A DNA stretch of 64,000 nt from Phoronis australis. Taxonomy: Eukaryota > Animalia > Phoronida. The notes under the pieces were generated by a model, which worked only from the letters and a program-made list of their open reading frames with translations, made no database searches and was not told the origin of the DNA. The position numbers were made by a program, and so were the translations under genes. Of this stretch, positions 24,870-37,189 are shown piece by piece. The stretch lies in the NCBI GenBank assembly GCA_002633005.1, contig NMRA01000056.1, positions 195,165 to 259,164 on the forward strand, given 5' to 3'. Each line of letters starts with the position of its first letter. The first letter of the stretch is position 1.

Positions 24870-25641
24870 GTAAGTCACTGAATTTTGACTTTGACGCAGC
24901 AGTTAAGCGTTCAGTCTGGCCACGTGCGGACTGTCTCGAGATGGAGCAAGTCACTGGCAATGAAGAACTAGTCATTTAAATTAAACATTGGTTCTTTTAG
25001 GTCGGGCAGCGTATATTGGGGTAACTATTCCATTATTGGGAGTGGGGGCGATACGGTGGCACCGACAGCCAGCATCAGGTCGTTTTGCAGTGAAATGTCA
25101 ATACAAATACTTAAACAATGTCTTTGCAGGTACAGAAAGCAAAATCGTAGATTACAGATGACATTGGTTTTGTGTTTGATACTATTTGTATCTCATTGCC
25201 ATGAATATTGTACAGTCCAATTGCGCTGATTCAACCAGCACATATATGTTCACATTAGAAGCTACCCTGCAGACTGGCTAGTGGTTTTGTCAGTCTTTGT
25301 CAATTTTGAACGCAGTAGGTTCTGAACAGTGAAATTTCATTTTGGTTATCGGAATTTCTCATTGAAAATAGATTGAAGGAAACTTTCACTTGGCCATGCT
25401 CCTCTACACTTCCTAAGTGTACAGCTGTCGTCACGACTACCACAGAGTGAAATTCTGAAGGTGCCTTGCAATGAGAAGTTTAAGTAATTTTTCTTCTTAA
25501 ATTGAAGAAGCCTTAACCATGTGTGATTTTCTGTTCATAAAAAGTAGAGAACGAGACAAAAGTCCACTGAAAAGGCAGAAACTACCAAAATTCGGCAAAT
25601 ACACTATTTATAGCTCTGCACCGTGACGCGTATCCCCTTAG

Positions 25642-26164
25642 TTAAGGGTCCACATTCTCAAAAATTTGAGCCCCCCCGTTTTTTTAGGCTGGGTGCACGC
25701 ATGCAATACAATAATTTATTCATAGCATGTTATGAAGTGGGGATGTCATTTTCAGTCATAGCGACGGATCTGCAATTGTTCGATGTAGGTTCACTCGTTT
25801 CTATTTTGGATCCCCTCCTGGCCTACGGAAAAAAGATGATAAAAAACACCTGTAGCATACTTTCTCACCATTTGTCATTTGGAAATTGTGGTCACATCCC
25901 CGTTGCGTAAATATGCCAATATTTTTCGTCATAAAATGCCGACGTAAAAATTATTTTTGCTAATCCACTGTAATTTACTGAGAGGATGGGTTTAACTACT
26001 GGACCCCCTAGTTTTGACAGAGTTTGCAAACCCGTGCATAATTGTGAGGCTGAATAAGCCACCCTTATCTTCTTTGAAAAATAATTAAAAATCTCACGCA
26101 ATTCTCCTTATCAGGGCCAAAAAATCCTCTGAAATTATTGAAAATTACTCTCAGGGAACCTTAA
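25642..26164. mobile_element. Possible TTAA-flanked (Kolobok-like) MITE
   Basis: TTAA-GGGTCC start and GGAACC-TTAA end; interior has TE-like composition; TIR match is short. Confidence 0.3.
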
Positions 26165-27986
26165 ATTTTACTTTTGTCTACTGTAGGCATTGTCGACCAG
26201 GGTGTGGAGACCGGGAATTTCACATCAACCAAAAAATCATAACGTAGGCACCTTTCCCCTGAGATGAGCGAGGGCCTCGTCTGATAAACTCACAATTTTA
26301 TTTGACTACAAAAAATCAAATTCTGTCATGTGTAGAGTAGATTTAGACCAGGTTGTTGCATTAATTGGTCGATTGTGTGATTTTCTTGTTAGACTGAGTG
26401 AGCCTAGCACGGAATTTCCAATCTAGAAGTTGTAACAGTAGAGCCAGTAGAGCCAGCTACGACAAGTTAATTTATGTGACATCCTGGGCTTAAGGAAGGC
26501 ACTTTTGAAATAACAGTTGGTCTTGTCAATTCATTGAGTAAATATTGATCTTCATGTTAAATGTCAAATAGGTACTTTAGGAAGAGCAGGAGTTATAGAC
26601 TTTGGAGAGCAGTGACTTTATGTTTGCAGAAGTTCATAATAGGTGGCTCAGCACACACCAGGTGGCGATTATGTGAACTTGAAGGGTCATTGTTTATGTT
26701 ATTTGAAGCAGTGGTAGATTTGGGGGGAGGGGGCAAGGGGGCCATGGGCCGCCTAAAATTCTTCCAGATTCCATTTGGCAGTTCGGGGGTGTGAATGCCT
26801 GTCGGGCAAAATCCTGGCTAATACTCTGCCTTGGCCCCCTCAACTCAAAATCATGGAGTCTCTGATAGCGATATACTGTCACCACTACCAGGGGCATGAA
26901 GATACTCATCCCAATTGTGTGGGGGGAAGAGGGTGCTGTCGCCAATAAGGATTTTAAAATAAATATACCCTTGGAAGTTACCTCTCTGACATTGATCTGG
27001 GCCATGATTAGAATTTTGATGTGTTCGTGGTAATTTTGGTTCATTCTGTCTAGAGGATTTCTCATGAACAACTATCTGTACTATGTTATTATTGCTTTGT
27101 GACATACCCATTTCGGTCGTTATGAAAATTTGACCTTGCCAATTCTTTTTGTTGAAATTTTTTGACATTTTGCCTAGTAAGATGTATCTTGTTCGAACCG
27201 CTTTTGGCTTAGATGGCTTTTGGTGTTGGGTGTATAAGCAGAATTAAGGTACTAACTAGTGGAGGCCTGTTGTATAATGCTAGGTATTGGCACTGAGTGG
27301 CTACATAATGAAATTACCTGCTTCACCTGTATTGCATGATTATATCTTGGGAAATCTTCCCTGATCTTGACAAGAAACTAGCCTTATGGAACGGAACAGA
27401 GCCCTTGGGTGTTAGCTCTCCTGAGGGAGTGCCCTCCAGCCATCACTTCGCACAGACTTCTGGTATTTTTCAGTGTAATACTCTTGCACCTCGTGATTCT
27501 TAACAATCCCAACATCAGAAAGCCAAAAACTATTTCCATGGTGTGAGCTATACAGCTTAAGCTGGACAGGGTAATTTGTTTCTGTGGAATCGTGGAGGAT
27601 GCTAAGGTACTTTCTGTTAGCCACAGTTCTTTTGGTGGGCGATTCAGTGGAATACACTAACTCAGTTACATTGTATTTCTTTTCACATACAAATCTGCAG
27701 TCAGCTTTTTGTAAAATTCGTTGCTTTTGAGTTTTTGTCCACCAGTCCTGGTAGAGATAAAGATACAAGTAGATGTCGGAAATCATGAATTCATTAATAC
27801 TCTCTGTTGATTATCTGTCATGTTATTTGACAGGAGTGATATCCATAATCCTGTAATTGATACACATGGTGTATGGGTGATATTTTTTTTTTTCACTGAT
27901 GTGATGCCTACATACTTGCTTCTGCAAGATATCAGATTTCTACTGCTTTTTTGCAGATTTGTATCATATAAATATCATTTACTCAG

Positions 27987-28462
27987 CAAGGCTTGGAATT
28001 TTCCGTGGAAACGCGGATTTCTGCTTTTTTCAAATGTGCTGTCCGCGTATTTTATTATATTTCCGCGTAAAAAAATTGGTTTTGATATAAAATTCCTTTC
28101 TTACCGCGGCGTTGCCGACGACGTTGACCTCGAAAAGCGGAAGTTGCTCTTTATGTTTCAGAGGAACGTAAATTGTCAACATTGCGGTGGCATCTGGTGG
28201 ATTTTTCAATGGCGTCTCGTGCGATTGTAAAGCGCGGTGACAAATACTACGACACTGCAGCCAAACATGTGTGGAGGCGGGAGTGGATGGGCCAGCTAAA
28301 AAGACACAGACGCACGCTACTAGAGGTGGTACCGTTTTTTTTTTTTTAGTCCGACTTTTGTCGGCAAAGGGTCCACACCTCCGCTGTTTTGGGCCGGGAA
28401 GCGCGCATGTTTTGGGCCGTAAAAGTTTCCGCGTTTTTCGTCATTGGTCATTCCAAGCCCTG
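27987..28462. mobile_element. hAT-like MITE with 6-bp TSD
   Basis: TIRs CAAGGCTTGGAAT / ATTCCAAGCCCTG; ACTCAG duplicated at 27981-27986 and 28463-28468; internal TTCCGCGT repeats, CpG-rich. Confidence 0.8.
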
Positions 28463-29173
28463 ACTCAGCCATGCGCTATTCTGCACACTAGGCCAAGAGC
28501 CCTAGAATAACAGGAGGCAATGAGCTTGCATCACAAAATGGCCTTCAGATCTCTTAAAAGCTAGGTGTACATTACTTCAAAGAGGACCCATACAGTTCAC
28601 TTGGCAAGCTTATAAACCTGCGCGAAGTGGGTATCTCTCTTGGCATGCCTGTTCTAATGAAAAACAAATATGATATTAGGATCGATTAAGCTTCTCATTC
28701 CCTGGAAAAATGAAATTTGTCTTCGGTGCTTAAAGTGTTGCGTAATATACTAATTCTTCTACGGTATGCCTAAAGGTGTCCATTAGACACAAAGATATTG
28801 TTTGCCCAAATCCAAATCTTTTTTTGTTATGTTTGAAACAAATGAGGCAGACTTTTGCAGTGCAAGTCACTTTCGAAACGGTGACGGACAACGTAACGGT
28901 CCCCGGTATTGTCCAGGGTACTTAAAGGGATACTTCTTTCCCACCACATATTTGCTTGCTTTACTCTAACCATGCACCCTTTCAATGCTTAACATCTTGT
29001 GTTGATAATTATGGATCAAAATGACCAACTTTACACTTAAAACATATGAAGAATTGTTACAACTCTTTACATTGATATGCGTGATGTGATGTTCATTCAT
29101 AAACTTAGAGCTATACCATTTCCTTGTTTGTGTTATCCGAGTACTCTCACCTAAAGTATTGAGCATATAGGTA

Positions 29174-29614
29174 CTCATGAGACAACTCTTACCCCAACAC
29201 CTAAGCGAGCCTAAGCCAGACTATCCCTAACCCATCTTAATCCATTCACAAATTAGTGCTCGTGGCTTAGCTACGATACTGAAGAAAACCTATTCGCTAA
29301 TTTCTCTTATAATGCATCGATTTCAACCGTTCAAAGATGACTACTATTTACTTTTCAATTCTAGAAACGGTCATGTTGGTTGTTGCCTTACTTATTGTAC
29401 GCTAAACAGGCATGTTGGTCTACTACCGTAATTATCTCATCCAGTATGTTCAGCCAAGCCCATGAATAGCGACTAACTCACTTCAATCCGTGACGGCGCC
29501 TGATCAAGCCTTTGATGTGCTGAGGACTTTGCTGAATTCTCTGGGGGTAAACATTGCACACTTTCTCGTCCACTTGTGTGCAAATCCTGTTAACGTACGA
29601 TTTTGCCTAATGTG
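29174..29614 (+). mobile_element. MITE family B, copy 2
   Basis: Colinear with 2067-2553, with small deletions. Confidence 0.85.
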
Positions 29615-30348
29615 ATTCATTCACTAATTTCTCGATAAGAGAAAATGTTCAATCACAGCATCTAGAACAAAACTGGTTTTTAGCGGCTAATAACCCTGTT
29701 ATTGGAGCATGTTCAGCTGACCCCATATTCCTGACGCAGGCTATACACGCAAAAACTAAGCTTATTTGCTAATGGCAGGATTTGTAATCCATAATTTATT
29801 CTAAATGAAGCGGATCTTGGTGGAGTGCCTGGAATATCACTTCAAGCAGTGCTGCTGATACATACCTGTTTTATAGTTCAGTAAATTTAGCCGCTTTCCT
29901 CCGATCAATATATCAAGGAGTACGATTTTAAAGTCATGTTGTGGGTACTATGCTGACCATGAGTGTTGAAAATACTTTTATAAAGTCCTTGAAGAGCATT
30001 TTACTCAAACGATCGATTTACTCATGCTTTAACCATTTTTGTTCATAAAAATTATAATATTTGAAGGCACATTCGGTAGCCAAAAGAACCATTTCGTTAT
30101 GGCTAAATTTTTCATTATTTCGCTTTTCAAATGCTCAGTGTATTGCTATAACTGTTCATAATTTCAATGTTTTTGATGACAGCCACACTGTATAATCTCT
30201 TCAACTAAGTAAAATTGTCCTCCTGTTTACTCTTGCTGGAAATATTTATAAACGAAAATTCACTGTTGCACCATATTGTTTTCTAATTTGAAGAAACTTT
30301 ACCTAGATCGTTCATTACATGGGTTGCATCTGTTTCTGAAGCTGAAAC

Positions 30349-30472
30349 TGTCCTGTGAAGGGCAGTCACATGGGCCCTCCAGGCATCTGGAAGTCTTGGG
30401 TCAAATAAATTGTCCTGAGAAGGGCAGTCACACCGGCCCTCGAGGCATCTGGAAGTCTTGGGTCAAATAAAT
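30349..30472. repeat. 62-bp tandem duplication
   Basis: TGTCCTG.GAAGGGCAGTCACA...GGCATCTGGAAGTCTTGGGTCAAATAAAT x2. Confidence 0.9.
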
Positions 30473-30986
30473 TTGGGCTATTGTTACCGACTGATTCATT
30501 TATGTAATACTCATATCCCGGTGTCATGGTTGTCACTAACATATACTGGTATAGACACCAATTGGGAAGATGTGAGTGATATTAATACATTCCTAGTGTA
30601 TAATTGCCACTCAGGTTATAGCTGTAATTGTTTATGGGTTTGTAACCATGGTGATGCTGCTAGCCAGGACTGGGGCAGCAATTATCCTAGTGGGTGACCA
30701 TGTTGGTCTCATTTCAACTGAATATCCAAAGGCTTGTTTGCCAAGCTGGCAACCTTTGGAATTAGTTATTTGTTCGTTATGTTCAATGAAACACAATGTC
30801 TCCTACATCCTAGTAGTAATTATTGCTCCTTAGTTCTCACAATGATGCTTTTTGTGTTTTGTGCTAAAATAATTGCTTTGCTGTTTCTTGATTTGTTAGG
30901 GTTAACAGTGGTAAATAAGTAGACATAACGTGCTAATTATGTTGTCGCCAGATTGTTTACAGGTGGGGAAGTTTTTCGCGTCGGCT

Positions 30987-31575
30987 TTAAGGTTATGTAG
31001 ACACTAGAAATTTAAATTTGGCTAACTTCGCAACATCATACCTTAGAAAAGATTGATTAACATCAAACTTCTGACTAGGCTGTATCCCGATTTGTTCTCT
31101 TAACACTGGTTGTGATTACACTCATGTTTTAGTCTGGTCTGCACACCACCTGTTGGCCACATCAAGATTTGCATATGTTATGGTGTATAGTGTTAGGTAT
31201 TGTTGTTAAAATGTTCTAGTTTTGCACGGGACTGTCAAAGTTATGACTTTTCATAAAAATGTCAGAAGCTGCGTAACACAAAATGAAGTGATCATTTAGG
31301 AAATTGTATCAGCGTTTCTGAGATTTCCTGTTGAACATAAATATCGAGTTAGTGTGGTTGCGTTTATTGATTCCATTGTTTTGCTATGAATGTACCTTTA
31401 ATTTTTGCTAAATTTTATTAATAAGACCTGGTCACATGACTTCATTCAGATTGATGAGATGAATGCAAAGTCACAAATAAAATTCTAAAGGCTTTTCACT
31501 TTTAGAAAATAAAGGTACATTTACTGTGTTAAAATTTCATTTAGATGAACACACTTCTCTGTAAAGTCTTACTTT
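30987..31575 (+). mobile_element. Old dispersed repeat family F (TTAAGG-terminated, Kolobok-like)
   Basis: TTAAGGTTATGTAGAC start; shares GGCTAACTT..AACATCATACCT.AGAAA and AAGAC.TGGTCAC.TGAC blocks with 11090-11550, 12150-12410, 15398-15550 and (minus) 37385-37740, 38826-39191. Confidence 0.55.
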
Positions 31576-33487
31576 AATACTTGGCACAGCTAGAGCTACC
31601 CAATCTTAACCCATTATCACTTGCTGTAGTGACAAATTGAATTAATTTCAGCTGCTTTAGGTATTCCACAGAAGGTAGTGGCCATGGAATTACTTCAACT
31701 AAAAGGCCTTTCGCACTACAGACTTCAGATTTAGAACATTCTTTCTCGACCCCAGAAATTTTTGACGCAATGTAAAAGGTGATTTGGACTTGTCAAAGTT
31801 TAGGATGGTATTGAAGTTAGTTAGCAAGACCGGATTTGCGAGTGGACAAAAATTTATTATGATTGCCCACGTGCAATGCAAATGATTTAGCCTGGATTAT
31901 TTTCCTGGCCATCCCAAAGTGTCTTCACACGAGTGCAGAGTTCTTCCCACCATTTTGCACACTCTCGACATTGTGTCATAGCTGCTTGCTATTCAACGTA
32001 AACTTGTCTCAAAGCAACAAATCTAACTAGAACAGAAATGGTTACCAGTCAAAACCGATATTTGATCAGCGTTTGGAGTAAGTCGGTGATTCAAGGTATT
32101 CTCAATCAAAAAAATCACACTAGTGTAGCGGATATTTCGTAAACTGTCACTATAAAGTTAGGAGAGTAAGATGTTAGTCTGATCAACTGAGAAAGGCGAC
32201 AATTTGTGATGGTAGGTTATCACGCTGGTCTAAAATATTCTCTGACCATGAACTAGTACATACTAACTCTAATGCGAAAGCAGCTTAAATTAGCAGTTGG
32301 CAATGAAAGGATATGGTAATGGACTGTCCATGAACACCAGGGGTAAAACTTTGTTAAGGCCGAATTTATATGATGGAAATGACTACAGTAATTCAACTAT
32401 GTACACAATATGGCTGGCAATGAAATTTGGCTTCCCAATTTTCTCAACTAAAATATAAGCTTATTAGACTATTATTAGCTATTATTTATTGTCAACAGGA
32501 TTTACTGGCAACACAGTAATCAATCTTTCCAAAATTAAGAAAAATTACATTGTTGGCAATTATTTTTGTGTGATTGAAGCGAAGAAATTGCCCTTCAAAA
32601 TGGAAACTTTACGAAATTTAATTTACTGACGACTGCTCATATGGTACAAAAGGTACAGAGGTTAAAAAGTATGCGAATGGCATCTGTCCTGTGTTGTTGT
32701 TTGAGGTGCTGTTGCTCATCTATTAAGCATTCTCGTCAATAATTTCGATCCTGAATCTAGAATCGCTTTGAATGTCGGACATTTCATACAAAATTTATCA
32801 CTTTTTCATTTTTTTGAATTTTTAAGAAGTGGTTGCAGATAATTGCAAATAACCAAAAGTACATCAAATGTTTAGCACTGACTTCTCGTTGGGTGTAACC
32901 CTCGTTATTAACGAAAACGAAGCAAAATTTTCTTCATCATCATTTTGTTATGAGTTCCACTTAGCCACTGCCATGTCAAGTATTTGGTATAAGGAAACCT
33001 TTTCTACATGCACCATAAAGGATATCAAGTCACGGTCTGCCTGTTCAAAAATGCTCATTTGGGTATGAGTCGAGTGATGTGAAAATTCCTCAGTGTGGGA
33101 CGCGATTGAACAAAACAGATGGGCGAAATTTATTTTGTCCACTTTTTCAATCAATCGAACTCTAGCTTGGTTTGTATAACTGTCACTTAACAAAATTTGT
33201 TAAAAATTTGAGCATTTTTATATCAATGTAATTAGCCATTTAAAAGGGAAAAAATTTAAATTTTGGCAATTAGTTTTGAAGTGACGATATGAAGAACTTT
33301 TACTGCAGTCCCTTTATTTTTTCCATAGCTCAGTGGAATGTACTTTTGGTGATATGGTATAGCATTCATTCTTGTCATTACATTCTATGTCATTTCTTCA
33401 TGGAGCACTCAAGACATTATCTCTTCCTTGTCTCATGGAGTTGAGTTGAGCTTTGTAGTGGCAAGATCTGTAATAGAATCTCAGTGG

Positions 33488-33716
33488 TGACGTGTGAGAA
33501 ACAAGCGCAAGCATTTAAGACTTATTTCATTTGCAATTCCTAGCACTGGAAATCCTAAGCCAACAGACTGGAGCTCATCACCCGGGCAATTGGCTGCCAG
33601 CAATTGGCTGCCAGCGAATGGCTCAGAGAAATTGTCATTAGTGGAGGAGGAGATGAGCGTGATTACTGGAGCACATGCAAGAGTAGTTGGAATGAATTCA
33701 GTGACGCCAGCCAATC
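33488..33716 (+). promoter_or_regulatory. Candidate promoter/enhancer: CCAAT boxes plus CRE half-sites
   Basis: ATTGGCT at 33589 and 33603 (14-bp tandem), AGCCAATC at 33709, TGACGT at 33488 and TGACGCCA at 33702; ~1 kb upstream of candidate first exon 34748. Confidence 0.35.
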
Positions 33717-34625
33717 CTCCTTGGTGTGTCTAAAATCTGCGTGTCATCACTGCGGTGTTGATTTATGAAGAGTTCCGGATGATGAGTGCGTTATTGCACA
33801 GAGGCGGCATTTTTCATTATCAATGCAAAGCTGACCTATAGCCATGGCATAAGGAGATTATGGGAGATGATATTGTCCATATTTCACGCTCACAGACAGT
33901 GTTTACGCTGTCACTGCAGTGTTGTTGATTGGGCAAAAGGAGTTGTCCACTAGGAGAGGCACTTGTGTATTGTCTTTAGCACCAGCACAATCATTCAGTA
34001 CCCAAGGTTACAATTTTTTTGACCACCCGTGACCGTGGCCCGAGGACTACAACCTGGGATGTGTATTGGGTACTGGATGCCAAGGTTTTGCTATGTCAAT
34101 AGAATTGCCTCCTGTGTGTGCTGGGGGTGATTGCAATTCATAAGTCGGATGATAAACAAGGATTAGATGTCATCATCGGATCAGTGTTGAGGGGTTGAGT
34201 GCACTAGATGTTTTTGTTTTGTCAGCAGAGAGGATTTTGATGCTCTGTCATACTCATCAAGGGTTGAGTCTACACCAAGTCTTGGCTGGCACTTGGCAAT
34301 GGTGGTTGGAGACTTCTGTAGCAATGCCTTGGTAAATGGTGTTGGAGGTACCAATTGTCAGCGTACAGCCAGTTTGTTAGCTAAGGAGTATTGAGATTCC
34401 TATGTTGTGCATTCATTGTGTGGATGATGCCGTCCAATCTCTCTGTTTTATGAAATGAGTGACATAAAGAGTGAGAGCCTTGTGTCAATGAGATTTTAAT
34501 TGGATAACTACCAAGTGCTTCTAGAGGGCAGTAAGGTAACATTTATCATTCACCCTCATTGAAGCCTTGTCTATGGCTTTATAAGAAACATATTGGCAAT
34601 TCATTTATCTTCCACTGAAAAGACC

Positions 34626-34637
34626 CAAGATGGCAGC
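34626..34637 (+). promoter_or_regulatory. YY1-like initiator motif upstream of candidate first exon B
   Basis: CAAGATGGCAGC (consensus CAAGATGGCGGC) about 110 nt before ATG 34748. Confidence 0.35.
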
Positions 34638-34747
34638 ATTGGCGTGGTCGTAGTCTGTTCTATAGTACTGCGAGACGGGGACCAGAGATAACCTCAAGTG
34701 GAGTTTTATCATACCAGTTCATTGAGGAGTGCAGAGCGTAACTTACA

Positions 34748-34860
34748 ATGGAGGCAGTGAGAGAAAGACGGCTTCTCTTCTCGAATATGTCTCACTACAA
34801 GAGCTACAGTAACCCAAACAGCCCCAGGATAACGCGATCCCGAAGGGCATTCAGCAGCAG
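34748..34860 (+). CDS. PDE4: Putative PDE4 alternative first coding exon (N-terminus B)
   Basis: Kozak acaATGG with in-frame upstream TAA; open to CAG|GTTTGT donor; 37 codons + 2 nt (phase 2). MEAVRERRLLFSNMSHYKSYSNPNSPRITRSRRAFSS(S). Confidence 0.65.
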
Positions 34861-37189
34861 GTTTGTTTCTGGGGCGGGGGGTGGAGAGAAGGGGGTGTAG
34901 TTGTTGTTTCATGCTTGGTATGGGCAGAAAGTTTGTCTTTGCCTGTTCAGGACTATTGACCTTCCTGCTGTCTTGAAGGCTGTCATTACAGAGTATTGGT
35001 TGGTATTTATTCAGCATTTCTGAACTGTGTGGTAGAAAAGATTATTGGTGTAATGTGAAAATGGTCACTCTGTGTAGGCCTTTCACTGTAACATGTCAAG
35101 ATATAGTTGCATTAATGACCTATGCTTATAACTGTATGTAACATTAGGGAATGTTTTGGCAATTAGAAATTTGAAAATGCCATTGTGGTTTGATCGTTTT
35201 AACTTCAGATTTGGTATCATCAATGCTTCTGTGCTTACTCAGTACAATGAAGGGAGTAATGAACTAAGGACAATCCCTCTTGGACAAAAATGTTCAAAGT
35301 TGGAATGAGCCCTATGTTCCTATGGATACCTCACACAGCTGTGATTTTATCTTTGGGCTTGCCCTCTGTGAAAGAACTTTTTACATTACACATTTTGATC
35401 TGAAGCATGTCACTCTTAATTAACTCATTATCTGCCAATTCAGATTCTCTGCCTTCTGCAGTGTGAATTGCGACTTTAGTTAGTAAATCAGAAATTTTTA
35501 CTTGTGCTCACAATGTTCAATTACAATTAACATTTCAGCGCATTGCAATTTAGACTAAAGACTAACTAATGGAAATTATCTGAGTTACTATCAATTATGA
35601 GAAAATTTTTAGAGACACATTTGCCTCACAGTGAGATATGAAAACTTGTTTTTTGGAAATAGTTGTGTGGAGCGTAAGACAGAATTTCTGGCTATCTCAG
35701 GCTCACGTAAATCACTGTTCATGAAACTTAACCCCTGATGCAAAGTACTTCTGAAGTGGTTTGAACTTTACATTGTGCTCTATTTTGTGCATTACGCAAT
35801 TAATTAAACATGGCAGCTGGCTTGAAGTATAAAGCTCAGTAAATGGTAAGTGATAATTAAGGTACAGGGAATGTTTTGCATTACATGGGTTAGATAAGAT
35901 AACCATTTTGTTCATGGATTTGTGGCTTTGACTTGTGTTGAACAGAGAGAAATACAGCACAAGGCAAAAATAATCGGACAAAATACTGTTTTCCTGTTAT
36001 GATGGATCTTTCAGTTGATGGCAAAAATGACCGGTAATAACTATTATGGGACAAAATTGTAACTGCAGAATAGCTTAGCGTCCTAATTAACTTTCCCGTT
36101 AATTCCCCTTCATTCTCGGTCATCAGGGGAGAGTACTCTGACATTCAATTCAGCGTCTGCCCAGCCAGCAATTTGTCATTTTGACTGAATACTTTTGGCC
36201 TCTAAAAGTACTTAGAATATCAAAAAATAGAAATGTTATATTAGAGAATTGCTGTGTCACAGGTATGTCAAGTCATTTTTACCTGAACCCATTAAGATAT
36301 GCTTTTTGTGTATGCCAATCGATATTGGTTTCCGGTAGAAATTATCTGCGGATTTTCTTGCACCTGACTTAGTTCTGATTGCCTCCTGCCCATGCCATCA
36401 TCTCTACGTGTCCTCTCTGATGTCTACAACTTACTCTAAAAGATGAGATGGCAATTTCCTAATTTCTCGAAAATTTTGACTCAACTTATGGAAAAATAAA
36501 AAGCCAGATGCATACTTGTATTTTTGCAATATTTTAGGGGAAATGATATCGCGCAAAGCAGTGTACAGTGCCTGCAACGCGTGCATTGAAGCTACACGTC
36601 AAAGTTCTGAAGATTTAGTTCCAAACATGAATGCTACATTTCAGGAAATGCTTTATCAAAACATTACCAACATCCAGATTGACTGTGGCTGTTTACAGAA
36701 TTGTTATAATTAGATGTTGGCATATCTCTAACATTCCATGCACAACCGTAGAATTATTCCCCAGGCAAACGTTATGCTTCTAGAGATGTTTATGGGCAGT
36801 TTTAGAATGCTTTTGCAGAGCTACCAAATAAATTTGTCTTCTTAGTTTTTGTGTATAGCATTTTTGGAAAGTGGGCTCTTCACAGTACAGAAAAAGAAAA
36901 ACAGAGTGCATAATAGGTATTATTTAGGTAGAACAGTCCTTTGGGAGTATAGAATACATTACTATGTGTATTGTGCCTTTGCACAACAGGGGATGATACT
37001 TTGTAAATTAAAATCTTATGTTATGGTCCTTGGGTGTAAAGACTCTTAGGATCACAAGGCAACCCTCAGTGGTGTACAACATGTATGCAGAGATGAGTCG
37101 AGCACGTGCAATGGTCTTGGAAACCAGTTCTCTAGGTGGGCTTTGTACATTTTGGGAGCCGGGGTCACGGTCAGAGTGAGGCAGATGCT

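Noticed and set aside
32038-32077. gaaATGG ORF ending at GGA|GTAAGT
   Set aside because: Phase 1, incompatible with the phase-2 UCR1 acceptor.
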